Origin: Deltaproteobacteria bacterium
GTDB lineage: Bacteria; Myxococcota; JACRCW01
DNA length: 45,467 bases
Assembly (NCBI GenBank): GCA_016218805.1
Contig: JACRCW010000018.1
Coordinates: forward strand, 1 to 45,467
Reading direction: 5' to 3'
Made by a program: the position numbers and the translations under genes. The notes beneath the pieces were generated by a model, which was not told where the DNA came from, searched no databases, and worked only from the letters and a program-made list of their open reading frames with translations. Shown one piece after another: positions 19,985 to 29,628 of the stretch (within the stretch, counting starts at the first letter, position 1; each line of letters starts with the position of its first letter).

Positions 19985-20254
19985 CCCGCGAGCTGGGGGA
20001 GGAGCCGCCAAGGGTTGGGCCAGGGTGTTATCTGGGCGAGCGTTGACGTCGGGGGTTGGGCAAGTAGCGCTCCATTTGAGGGCATGAAGAGGGACGGCCG
20101 CGGGACTCAAGCGCAGGCAGTGGCCATTCGGGTGATCTCCGCGCCCCGCGGACGGCCGCAGTCCACGTGCCAGCACGGACGTGGAGCGTGTAGCCCAGGT
20201 GTTCCAGCCAGCTGGCGGTCACGGGCCGTTCGGCAATGATGTTGGTCATGACTC
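19985..20254 (-). pseudogene. Decayed second copy of the 5' part of the 14044-15867 gene
   Basis: 20159-20254 matches 15777-15872 at 90 of 96 nt (MTNIIAER.VTASWLE.LGYTLH.RAGTWT); weak PDV(N/K)A and APPPA echoes downstream. Confidence 0.85.
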
Positions 20255-20417
20255 GATTTCCCTGCCCGATTCCATGGTCCCGGACGTGTCGACCATGACC
20301 AGGAAGTATCTGTGACGTGCGCACGGCGACGATGTTGCTGTGCGCGCCGCGCGGCAGGTAGTGCTGGCTGAAAGTGTCGAGCGAGGTGTGGGGCCGCGTT
20401 GCTGCGCTACCCAAGCG

Positions 20418-22628
20418 TCAGCGCTTTCTGAGCCGGCGTGCCGTCACCGCGGCCAGAGCCCACAGACCCGTCAGCGGAGGACCATCCTGACGCTGTGAAC
20501 ACCCGCACTGCGGCGTGGAACGGTCATGACCGGCGGGCGGCGCCGTAGGCTGACCAGCGTCGCGTCCAGCGTCAGAGCGTCCGGCATCGCGACCTCCAGC
20601 GTCACGTTGCCCCGCGTCAGGAAACGGCGGGGAGCACTGTCCGCTCCTGCACTGGCCATTATTGCAGGGCGTTCCGTCTGGAAGAAATGTGTACGTGCAT
20701 CCCTGACCGTCGATGCAGCCCGCTGCGGATTGACACTCCGGGGCGGGGTCACAGGTTCTCGGCATCACGTCACAAAAGCCGGCTTGCGGATGGCAGAACC
20801 CCGTCATGCAGGAATCCGGTTGCGTGACGCCAGCGCAGTTCACCGGCCCGCCGTCCACCAGGCACTGCCCGCTGTTGCAGAAGCCGGTGCCCGTCTCACA
20901 CAACACGCCGTCGGTGCAGAGGGCGCCGTTGGCGCGGGCCCTTTCCACGCATTGTCCGGAGAGGGGGTTGCACAACGAACGCACGCATTCGGACGGCGGG
21001 GCGCAATCCGTCATGTTCACGCCAACACAGATGCCGCCGGCACACGTGTCATTGCCCGTGCACGCATTGTTGTCATCACAGGTGGACCCGGCATCCGCGC
21101 ATGGAATGGGCCTGTGGACCAGCGCCCACGCCCCTTCTGTCTCTGGACCGCCTTCGGGATTGGCGGTGAACGCCTGCAGCGTCCAGAGATCCTCGTCGTT
21201 GACGTCAACCGTGCTCATGCTCAGATCGGCCAGGCGGCATCGCCCCAGCAAAGGAGCACACCCGCCACCGACGAGCGGCCCACGTCCCACCTGAATGATC
21301 CGGTCCTGTCTGAATGTGTCGAGAGGGTCCGCCGCAGATCGGAACGCATACCCCGCGCTGGGGTACTCATCCGGCGAAAAACGCGTGAAACCGATGAGCA
21401 CGTCCTCGTTCCGGTTCACCGCCACGGTCGGCACCGAATAGGCGTAGCCCGGTGACCCGATGAAGCCCTGTTGGATCATCACGTTCTGGGCCGAGATCTG
21501 CATCCACATGATGCCGGTCCGTGCCGCGGGTGGTGCTGTAGAAACGCTGTGCGCGCTCCAAAGGCGTCCATTGCGCACCACGGGAATCGGGCGGTCCATG
21601 CCGTCTGATTCTACGAGCGCTTGGGTGCCTCGCTGCGGCAGGATGGCGGCGCCAGAAGACGCGGACCAGCCGCCTTGCAGCGGCGTCACCGGGTTTGGCT
21701 GGGAGAGGGTTGGCCCATCCGTGGCGCCGGACACCACGCGGACCTCGATCCTACCAGTGCCGACGGAGAGCACGCGCAGATCCGGCTCAAGCGGATCATA
21801 CGTCATCGCCGGGGCGAGTTTGAACGGCGAATCGGTGAGGAAGCTCTGGAAGCGAAGCGCCTGCTCATCAAAGAGGCCCGCTTTGTCGATGACCGCCAGG
21901 CCATGATGCAGTGGCTCTCCACACCCGAACGCCGGTGACCCGCAGATGACAATACCAATGGCGACGAAGCGGATATTGAAACCGAGCTGCGGGTAATCCA
22001 GTTCCGGCATCAGGCCGCTGTCCGGGAGTGACGCCTGCAAGGAGGCGCCCTCGATGATGTAGACGTCCCACGTGCCCGTGGGATCACTGTTGCGGGTCAC
22101 AGCGAGAAACAGCCTGTTCTGGTACGTGCACCGCACCGCCACAAAACGCGCGCGCATGGGATCAAAGATGATGCGATCATCAAAACCGCCAGCGCCCCAA
22201 AACGCTTCGTCATCAATGACCTGCACCAGCGTACCGTCACGGCCGTGAATCTGGATGTCAGAATTGCCAAGCGAGACCAGGTGCGTGGGGCCAACGGCGC
22301 CGAGATAGTCGAGCAGGCCCTGCACCACTGGGCCCGCCTCAAACGCCGGGGAAGGCCCGGACGTCTGAAGGGCACGGACGGTGGATGGTGCATCCAGCAT
22401 AGGCACCATGCCCGGCGGCAGCGCATGGGCCGGTGAGGTGCGCGGCTTGCGACGTGGTCCGGTGGGCGGAGGCAAGTCACGGACCGTCACGCTGCGCAGA
22501 TACGTTCCCTCTCCAGCGCGTCCGTGCTCACCATCAGGTGAGCCCGGTGACCGCGGCAGCTCACATGCCAGGAAAAGCACGCACGCAGCGGCGCACAGGG
22601 TCCTTGTGCCGTTCATTGGGATGGTCAT
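20418..22628 (-). CDS. Secreted/lipoprotein with beta-rich domain, Cys-rich repeats and MYXO-CTERM-like tail
   Basis: VLFLAC lipobox-like signal; CDDNNACTGNDTC repeat; DAG repeats; C-terminal CGCS...LWALAAVTARRLRKR. Start may be 22628 or 22616. Confidence 0.8.
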   Translation of the reverse strand: MTIPMNGTRTLCAAACVLFLACELPRSPGSPDGEHGRAGEGTYLRSVTVRDLPPPTGPRRKPRTSPAHALPPGMVPMLDAPSTVRALQTSGPSPAFEAGPVVQGLLDYLGAVGPTHLVSLGNSDIQIHGRDGTLVQVIDDEAFWGAGGFDDRIIFDPMRARFVAVRCTYQNRLFLAVTRNSDPTGTWDVYIIEGASLQASLPDSGLMPELDYPQLGFNIRFVAIGIVICGSPAFGCGEPLHHGLAVIDKAGLFDEQALRFQSFLTDSPFKLAPAMTYDPLEPDLRVLSVGTGRIEVRVVSGATDGPTLSQPNPVTPLQGGWSASSGAAILPQRGTQALVESDGMDRPIPVVRNGRLWSAHSVSTAPPAARTGIMWMQISAQNVMIQQGFIGSPGYAYSVPTVAVNRNEDVLIGFTRFSPDEYPSAGYAFRSAADPLDTFRQDRIIQVGRGPLVGGGCAPLLGRCRLADLSMSTVDVNDEDLWTLQAFTANPEGGPETEGAWALVHRPIPCADAGSTCDDNNACTGNDTCAGGICVGVNMTDCAPPSECVRSLCNPLSGQCVERARANGALCTDGVLCETGTGFCNSGQCLVDGGPVNCAGVTQPDSCMTGFCHPQAGFCDVMPRTCDPAPECQSAAGCIDGQGCTYTFLPDGTPCNNGQCRSGQCSPPFPDAGQRDAGGRDAGRSDAGRDAGQPTAPPAGHDRSTPQCGCSQRQDGPPLTGLWALAAVTARRLRKR

Positions 22629-22712
22629 GCCACCTCCGCTGGCGGAAGGCGAGAGACCTCGTCGTGCGCGGCCTGTCGCGTGGCGCAAGACTGCGCCTGC
22701 GCGGGCTCTTCG

Positions 22713-23170
22713 CTAGAAGCACACGCCCGTTCCATCCGGCTGCCGGCGGCAGGTGCTGCCGTGGGGAGAGGCGCCCGGCTGCCTTTGACCCGCGGCACTG
22801 CAGGTCATGACCTGGGCCGCATCCGTTCCCGGGCCACACACCACCGCACGCGCCCGCAGGAGCGGATTTCCGTCATCACAATCATCGCCCTGGTCCGCAT
22901 ACGGTGTGTCCTGCGGGCACACCACCACGCCGCATCCGGACGCTCCAGCACCATCTCCGTCCAGGTCCCGGCCTTGCCGTGCGCCGCCGGTCACGTGCCG
23001 CTTTCACTGACACGAAGTGGACGTCCCTGACGCTGTGCAGGTGTTGCAGGCATGCACCGTCACCTGGCCTGTGTCCGCGCACGTCACTTTGTGCTGGCCA
23101 TCTGAGCTGCTGTGAGCACTCCACCGCCCTTCCCGGCAGGCAACCGCGCCGTGACCTTCGTCACAGGGGG
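22713..23170 (-). pseudogene. Fragmented Cys-rich surface protein gene (putative metal-binding motif)
   Basis: DLDGDGAG...DDCDDGNP in one frame; other Cys-rich pieces (CADTGQVTVHACNTC) in another; the 5' end runs into the tandem repeat. Confidence 0.55.
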
Positions 23171-23171
23171 G

Positions 23172-23352
23172 GGCACCCTGAAGGGTGGTCCAACCGCAAT
23201 GCAGACTGGTGGGAGGCACCCTGAAGGGTGGTCCAACCGCAATGCAGACGGGTGGGAGGCACCCTGAAGGGTGGTCCAACCGCAATGCAGACTGGTGGGA
23301 GGCACCCTGAAGGGTGGTCCAACCGCAATGCAGACTGGTGGGAGGCACCCTG
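23172..23352. repeat. Tandem repeat, 4 x 43 bp plus 9 bp
   Basis: Unit GGCACCCTGAAGGGTGGTCCAACCGCAATGCAGACTGGTGGGA at 23172, 23215, 23258 and 23301; one substitution in unit 2. Confidence 0.97.
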
Positions 23353-24022
23353 GACGGGCCTTGGTGTTTCTGCGGGGCCGCTGCGACCAACCCGGTCTCG
23401 TGGTCCTTGGCCTGGCGTGCCCCGTGGCGGCGCGGCGGGCCATTCAGGGCGGCGTGGCGCACCCGGGAGCGGCGTTGCGGCGAGGAAACTCGCGGGTCAA
23501 TGGGAACTGCTGGCGGCCGTCCCGGCATGACAACCGCTGGAGGCCAGCGCGCACGGGTCGAAGCGGACGCGCCATCACGAGGGGGCGCGGGACTCGGGTC
23601 GGGCTGGGCAGGGGAAGGGGACGGTCGGTCTGGTCCGGGCGTACCGGGCGGGAAAGACACCCACCTTCAGGGGAAAGTGTCTCACTAAATGAGAACTTCT
23701 TGGGAGGAGCACCCCGACCACCCACCCCGCGACGGGTTTCATTGAAACCTTCCCCCTTCCCAGCCCTGATCTCAGCGGGGCCGCGGGTCTACAAGACGCG
23801 ACCTCTGCCTCCCGCCGTTGCCGCGCCGCCGGCAGTGCTTCCACGGCACGGCTCGCCGTGGTGGGTTTGCCATGGCGCCGCGGTTTCCTCGCCGCAGCCG
23901 CCTCACGTTCTCCCCAAGGCAACACGCGCCGACTGGTTCGGCGCGGTCCGGCGGGAGCCAGCGTTCTGGTGCGCACGCCGGGTAGCGGCCCGCCTTGCAT
24001 CCCCACCGCGCCGCAGGGGTAG

Positions 24023-24898
24023 ATGGCCCCCGCGCCCATGCTCAGTCCGCTGCTTGCCACGCTGCTCCTCACCGCCGCCGATGGCGGGCCGCCGGAGTCC
24101 GCCCCGGCCCCGCGCTGGGCGCTGGCGGCGTGCGCTCCCGGCGTGGACGCGGCCGCGGTGCTGTTGCAGGCGCGCCCCCGCGGGATGGAGGGCGCATGGG
24201 ACGTGGGGTGGGCGCTGTTGGACACACGGGGGGAGACCTGGTCAGGGCGCGGCAGCGTGAAGGGGCCGCCGGGGGTGGACGCGGTGCCCACCGGGCCGGA
24301 GCTGGGCTGGACGGAGCTGGATGATGGAACCACGCGGCTGTGGTCGCCGCGGTTTGCGGGGTTCATTGGGACGGCGCGTGCCGGCAACCGCGCGGCGTTT
24401 GCTCCGCTGCAGGGGCGCGCCGGGGAGGAGGTGTGCGCGGGGGCGGTGTGGCTGGCGGGACCGGAGGGCAACGGCGCGCCGGTGCTGGTGGTGCTGTCAC
24501 GGCGCGCGGGGGTTGCGGTGGGCGCGCGGGGGGACGGTCTGGTCACGGCGCTGCCGCTTCCGCCCGCAACCGACCCGCCGCTGCCACGCCCACCCGCCCG
24601 GGGACGACGCCGCGCGGAGCCTGCCGCGGGGGCGCCGCCGTCCGCGCCGGCCCGCGTGTTGGCGGACGAGCGCATCCGCCTGGAGCGCGTGGACCAGCGG
24701 CGGGACCCGGCTTCCGGGCGGGTGGTGACGGCCGGGTGGCGCCTGGTGTCACCGGCGGGACGCGCGCTGGGCCTGCTGTTCAGTCGGCAGGCCAGCGTGC
24801 TGGCTGAAGGCGTGGTGTTGCACCGCGTGGAGGGTGGCGCGGAGTTCCTCGACGGGCGGACGGACCTGGTGGGGGCGCTCTTGGAGCCGCTGCCGTAA
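24023..24898 (+). CDS. Hypothetical exported protein
   Basis: Hydrophobic N-terminus (LLATLLLTAA-DGG); host-like codon usage; start may be 24038. Confidence 0.65.
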   Translation: MAPAPMLSPLLATLLLTAADGGPPESAPAPRWALAACAPGVDAAAVLLQARPRGMEGAWDVGWALLDTRGETWSGRGSVKGPPGVDAVPTGPELGWTELDDGTTRLWSPRFAGFIGTARAGNRAAFAPLQGRAGEEVCAGAVWLAGPEGNGAPVLVVLSRRAGVAVGARGDGLVTALPLPPATDPPLPRPPARGRRRAEPAAGAPPSAPARVLADERIRLERVDQRRDPASGRVVTAGWRLVSPAGRALGLLFSRQASVLAEGVVLHRVEGGAEFLDGRTDLVGALLEPLP

Positions 24899-24976
24899 AC
24901 CAACGCATCTTGACTGCCCCCCGCCGTCCGAACAGGCTCAGCCGCACAACCCATCACGCATCCAAGGGAGGAACCC

Positions 24977-27076
24977 ATGTCGTCCTCGGGACACGGTGTG
25001 CCGGCTGCGCCACGTGCGGTCACGCCGGAAGACCCCATGGCGCAGCAGACGGTGACCACCATCCGCACGCTGGCCATGGACGCGGTGCAGGCGGCCAACT
25101 CCGGGCACCCGGGCACGGCCATGGCCATGGCACCCATTGTCTACACGCTGTGGCAGGACTTCCTGCGCTTTGACCCGCATGACCCCATCTGGGTCAACCG
25201 CGACCGGTTCCTGCTGTCCATCGGCCATGCGTCCACGCTGCTGTACAGCATGCTGCACCTGTGCGGGGTGCGTGCGGTCAACCCGCGCTATGAGCGCCTG
25301 GGCCACGAGTCCGTCTCGCTGGACGACATCAAGCGTTTCCGCCAGCTGGACAGCCGCACGCCGGGCCACCCCGAATACCGCTGGACCTCCGGCGTGGAGT
25401 GCACCACCGGGCCGCTGGGGCAGGGGGTGGCGTCGTCCGTGGGGATTGCGCTGGGCGGGCAGTGGATGGCGGCGCACTTCAACCGCCCCGGCTTTCCCAT
25501 GGTGGGCTTTGACGCGTACGCGCTGTGCGGTGACGGGTGCCTGATGGAGGGCGTGTCGTCGGAGGCGGCGTCCCTGGCGGGGCATCTCAAGCTGTCCAAC
25601 CTGTGCTGGATCTATGACAACAACCGCATCACCATTGAGGGCAGCACGTCACTGGCGTTCTCTGAGGACGTGGCCACGCGCTTCATGGGCTACGCGTGGA
25701 ACGTGGTCCGCGTGGGGGATGCCAATGACCTGGAGCTGCTGCGGCGCGCGTTCCGCACCTTCAAGGCCACCACGGACCGGCCCACGCTGATCATTGTGGA
25801 CAGCCACATTGCGTGGGGCTCACCCAACAAGCAGGGCACCTCCGCCGCGCACGGCGAGCCGCTGGGCGAGGAGGAAATCCGCCTGACCAAGCGCGCGTAC
25901 GGCTGGCCGGAGGACGGCCGGTTCCTGGTGCCTGACGGCGTGCGGGAGCACCTGGCGGGGGGAATGGGGAAGCGCGGCAAGGAGGAGCGGGATGCGTGGA
26001 TGCAGCGGTTTGAGCGCTACCGCGCGGAGCACCCGGGCCTGGCTGACGAGCTGTACCGCATGCAGCACCGCGTGCTCCCGGACGGGTGGGACACGGACCT
26101 GCCGGTGTTTCCGGCGGACCCCAAGGGCCTGGCCGGGCGCGACGCCTCCGGGAAGGTGCTCAACGTGCTGGCGCAGCGCGTGCCGTGGCTGTTGGGCGGC
26201 AGCGCGGACCTGGCGCCGTCCACCAAGACGCGGCTGACGTTTGCCGGGGCGGGGGACGTCACGGCCGCGGAGCGCGGCGGGCGCAACCTGCACTTTGGCA
26301 TCCGCGAACACGCCATGAGCGCGGTGCTCAACGGGCTGTCATTGGTGAAGCTGCGGCCGTTTGGCAGCGGGTTCCTGGTGTTCAGCGATTACAGCCGCCC
26401 CGCGCTGCGCCTGAGCGCGCTCATGGAGCTGCCCACGGTCCACGTGTTTACACATGATTCCATTGGCGTGGGCGAGGACGGCCCCACGCACCAACCGGTG
26501 GAGCACCTGCCCGCGCTGCGCGCCATCCCCGGGCTGCTGGTGATCCGCCCGGCGGACGCCAATGAGGTCACCGAGGCGTGGCGCGTGATCATGCAGCAGC
26601 GGCACACGCCCGCGGCGCTCATCCTGTCACGGCAAGCGCTGCCCACGCTGGACCGGACCCGGTACGCACCGGCCCGCGGCGTGGAGCGCGGGGCATACGT
26701 GCTGGCGGACGCGCCCGGCGGACCGCCCCAGGTGCTGCTGCTGGCCAGCGGCAGCGAAGTGGCGCTGTGCGTGGCCGCGCACGAACAGCTGGCCGCGGAG
26801 GGAATCCGGTCCCGCGTGGTGTCCATGCCGTGCTGGGAGCTGTTTGAGGACCAGCCGCAGGATTACCGTGACGCGGTGCTGCCTCCCGCGGTGACGGCTC
26901 GGGTGAGCGTGGAGCAGGCCTCCACCTTTGGGTGGGAGCGTTACACGGGACTGCGCGGGGCCAATATTGGCATGACAACGTTTGGCGCCTCCGCGCCGCT
27001 GGCCGAGCTGCAGAAGAAGTTTGGGTTCACCGCGGACGCGGTGGCGGCGGCGGCCCGCGCGCAGCTGGGCCGGTAG
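24977..27076 (+). CDS. tkt: Transketolase
   Basis: ANSGHPG, NRDRF, TTGPLGQG, GDGCLMEG, FGIREHAM, THDSIGVGEDGPTHQP; GGAGG RBS. Confidence 0.98.
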   Translation: MSSSGHGVPAAPRAVTPEDPMAQQTVTTIRTLAMDAVQAANSGHPGTAMAMAPIVYTLWQDFLRFDPHDPIWVNRDRFLLSIGHASTLLYSMLHLCGVRAVNPRYERLGHESVSLDDIKRFRQLDSRTPGHPEYRWTSGVECTTGPLGQGVASSVGIALGGQWMAAHFNRPGFPMVGFDAYALCGDGCLMEGVSSEAASLAGHLKLSNLCWIYDNNRITIEGSTSLAFSEDVATRFMGYAWNVVRVGDANDLELLRRAFRTFKATTDRPTLIIVDSHIAWGSPNKQGTSAAHGEPLGEEEIRLTKRAYGWPEDGRFLVPDGVREHLAGGMGKRGKEERDAWMQRFERYRAEHPGLADELYRMQHRVLPDGWDTDLPVFPADPKGLAGRDASGKVLNVLAQRVPWLLGGSADLAPSTKTRLTFAGAGDVTAAERGGRNLHFGIREHAMSAVLNGLSLVKLRPFGSGFLVFSDYSRPALRLSALMELPTVHVFTHDSIGVGEDGPTHQPVEHLPALRAIPGLLVIRPADANEVTEAWRVIMQQRHTPAALILSRQALPTLDRTRYAPARGVERGAYVLADAPGGPPQVLLLASGSEVALCVAAHEQLAAEGIRSRVVSMPCWELFEDQPQDYRDAVLPPAVTARVSVEQASTFGWERYTGLRGANIGMTTFGASAPLAELQKKFGFTADAVAAAARAQLGR

Positions 27077-27100
27077 CCGGCCGGCGGAGGCGCTTGGAGG

Positions 27101-29581
27101 ATGACAAGGCGCACGGTCTGCGTCACCATCGGCGGCATGCGGTGGCGGCGCGGCGCATGGATGGGGGCGCTTCTCGTCGGCGCGGGCGCCGCCGGATGTC
27201 CGGGTGCGCCGCCGTCCCCGCGTGACCTGTACGTAGGCCCGCCGGGAACCACCGCCACGCACGTGGTGGTCACCGTGCAGCCGGGCGTGGTGGCCGCCGG
27301 TGGTGCGTGGCGGCTGGTGTCACACGCCACGGCGGGAGACCGGCAATCCACGGCGTACCTGCCGGACCCGCCGGAGAACCGGCCGCTGGACCTGCCAGGC
27401 CAGTACACCATCATGGCGCGGGACGCGGCTGGGTCCCTGCGGGTGGTGGTGGACGCGCTGGCGGAGGACGGCGTGGTGGTGGGACGCGGCGCCGGCAGCG
27501 TGGAGCTCATCCCGCGCTCCGGCACGTCACTGGCCATCACGCTGGAGAAGCCGTGCCGGCAGGACGTGGAGTGCGACACGCGGGGCCGCTGCGCGGGGAC
27601 CCGCGCCTGCCAGGAGGGCATGTGCGTGAAGCTCACGGACCCGTGCGCCAGCCTGGTGGCGTGCGCGGACAGCCGCTGCGAGGACGGCGTTGAGGGCTGC
27701 GTGGTGACCTTCCACCATGACCGCTGCGGCACCAACGAGTACTGCGACGTCATCCGCGGCTGCCAGGTGGGGGACCCCTGCCAGGAGGACGCTGATTGCA
27801 CCGGCCTGGGGGACCGGTGCCAGACGCGCGTGTGCGCCGAGGGCCATTGCATGGCCGGGGCGCCGGTGGACCCCACCGACCACAACCCGTGCACGGTGGA
27901 CGTGTGCCAGTCCGACACGGGGCCCGCCCACTACAACCTGGCCGCGGGCAACGTGTGCTCCGCGCAGGCCGACCCGCACCGCCGGGTGTGCCAGCAGCCC
28001 GGGGACGGCGGTGTACTGGAGTGCGTGGACTCGCTGTGTGGTGATGCGTACGTGGACCTGGGCGCCGGCGAACAATGTGACCTGGGCACGGGCAATGACG
28101 ACGAGGCCTGCACGCGCACCTGCCGGTTCCCGCGCTGCGGTGACGGCGTGCGCTCGGTGTCGCTGCTGGAGGAGTGCGACGACGGCAACACCGACCAGTC
28201 CGACGACTGCGTGGCGTGCCGCTACGCCCGTTGCGGTGACGGCCATGCGCACACGCGCGGCACGGGTCCGTTTGAGCAGTGTGATGACGGTGAGAACAAC
28301 GGCGTCACCAACTGCGGCCTGACGTGCCGGCTGCGGACGTTCATGGCCACGCCGGTGATGGGCGCCGGGGCGCCCTGCCCGCCCGGGAGCCCGGACGGCG
28401 GCACGGCGGTGGACCCCGCGGACGGTGGATGGAACTACATGGGCTACCCGCCCACCGTGTGGCCGGCCACCGGTGACGCGCGCTGCACACCGCTGGCGGA
28501 CATCCAGGACGTGGCGCTGCGGGGCGTGACCGCGGGCGGCGTGTCAGATTGGACGGATGAGATTGTGGTGGCGGACGCCACCGGCGTGTACGCCCTCAAC
28601 CTCCGGTCCCTGCAGGTGCGGCGCATGTTTGAGGGCGGGGATCCCGCGCCAGTCCGCAGCTGCCCCATCCCCGCCACGGACTGGAACCTCCCGGCGGGCA
28701 AGGGCCTGCCCGCATCCTATGAGCCCTTCCGGGGGGTGATGATGCTCAACACCACGTTCACCTACCGCACCGCGCAGACCGGGCGCATCTTCCGGGCGCA
28801 CATGCCGGAGACCACCGCGGGCGGACCCACGCGGCTGCAGTTCTTCAACTACGTCGGCACCTCCGCCTACAGCATTGCCACCTGCTGTGACCTGTCAGAC
28901 CCCGCAGACACCTGGCGCGACGGCGCCTGCTACGCGTGCCCCAGCGCCAACATTGTGTTCCCGGCGGTGCCGCAGATGTTCTTTGACTTCCTGGGCACGG
29001 TGATTGCCGTGATGCCGGACCTGGACACGCGGCGGCTGCACGCGGTGGACGAGCGGCGTGACTGCGAGCGGAATGACTCAACGGTGGTCACCTTCAGCGC
29101 GTGCGCGGAGCGCGCCGACGGCGGCGTGCCCGACGCCGGGGCGTCCGGCGGGTGGGCCCATGCGGCCACCGTGCCCGCCGCCTGCCTGGAGGGGAACACG
29201 GTGGCCGTGATCATGAGTTCCCCCGCCGCGCATGACGTGGTGCGTGCCGGCCTGAACCTCCCGGCGGACATCAACACGCTGTGCATGAGCGGCTACCGGA
29301 CGGTGGCTGGCACGCGCGGGCAGAGCGGTGGTTCGCCCGCCGGCGTGCCGGCGGTGGGCGCGCTGCTCAACACCCCGGCGGGCGTGGGCGTGGACGCGGA
29401 GTGCAACGTGTTCCTTGCGGACACCGGCAACGGGCTGGTGCGGCAGGTGACGCGTGACGGCACGCTGCACAACGTGGCGCAACTGCCCGGGCTGCGGACG
29501 CTGGTGGTGCACCCCACGCTGGGCGTGGTGGCCGTCACCGCGCAGACCGTCTACCGGATCCTGCCCGGTGACTCGCCGTGA
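27101..29581 (+). CDS. Cys-rich surface lipoprotein with Myxococcus cysteine-rich (DUF4215-like) repeats and an NHL-like repeat
   Basis: Three CGD...E(Q/E)CD(D/L)G repeats; LNTPAGVGVDAECNVFLADTGN; GAAGC lipobox-like signal; start uncertain. Confidence 0.8.
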   Translation: MTRRTVCVTIGGMRWRRGAWMGALLVGAGAAGCPGAPPSPRDLYVGPPGTTATHVVVTVQPGVVAAGGAWRLVSHATAGDRQSTAYLPDPPENRPLDLPGQYTIMARDAAGSLRVVVDALAEDGVVVGRGAGSVELIPRSGTSLAITLEKPCRQDVECDTRGRCAGTRACQEGMCVKLTDPCASLVACADSRCEDGVEGCVVTFHHDRCGTNEYCDVIRGCQVGDPCQEDADCTGLGDRCQTRVCAEGHCMAGAPVDPTDHNPCTVDVCQSDTGPAHYNLAAGNVCSAQADPHRRVCQQPGDGGVLECVDSLCGDAYVDLGAGEQCDLGTGNDDEACTRTCRFPRCGDGVRSVSLLEECDDGNTDQSDDCVACRYARCGDGHAHTRGTGPFEQCDDGENNGVTNCGLTCRLRTFMATPVMGAGAPCPPGSPDGGTAVDPADGGWNYMGYPPTVWPATGDARCTPLADIQDVALRGVTAGGVSDWTDEIVVADATGVYALNLRSLQVRRMFEGGDPAPVRSCPIPATDWNLPAGKGLPASYEPFRGVMMLNTTFTYRTAQTGRIFRAHMPETTAGGPTRLQFFNYVGTSAYSIATCCDLSDPADTWRDGACYACPSANIVFPAVPQMFFDFLGTVIAVMPDLDTRRLHAVDERRDCERNDSTVVTFSACAERADGGVPDAGASGGWAHAATVPAACLEGNTVAVIMSSPAAHDVVRAGLNLPADINTLCMSGYRTVAGTRGQSGGSPAGVPAVGALLNTPAGVGVDAECNVFLADTGNGLVRQVTRDGTLHNVAQLPGLRTLVVHPTLGVVAVTAQTVYRILPGDSP

Positions 29582-29628
29582 CGCGGCGGGAACGACGGCC
29601 GGCCGGGCGGCGACGTATAAGCGCCCTG

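Larger units (their letters stand above)
14024..23372. mobile_element. Putative genomic island at the csp 3' end, bounded by 17-bp direct repeats; no integrase seen
   Basis: GGGCCTTGGTGTTTCTG at 14024-14040 and 23356-23372; contains pseudogenes, an IS remnant and duplicated segments. Confidence 0.65.

Noticed and set aside
23172..23352. CRISPR array
   Set aside because: Units are contiguous and near-identical with no unique spacers, and no cas genes are in the window.
14041..23355. Integrase or recombinase gene for the island
   Set aside because: No tyrosine-recombinase (R..HxxR..Y) or serine-recombinase motif recognised in any ORF.
23004..23688. Several ORFs with repeated peptides (VPPTSLHCGWTTLQG)
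   Set aside because: By-products of the 43-bp repeat cycling through reading frames; no RBS or coding signal.
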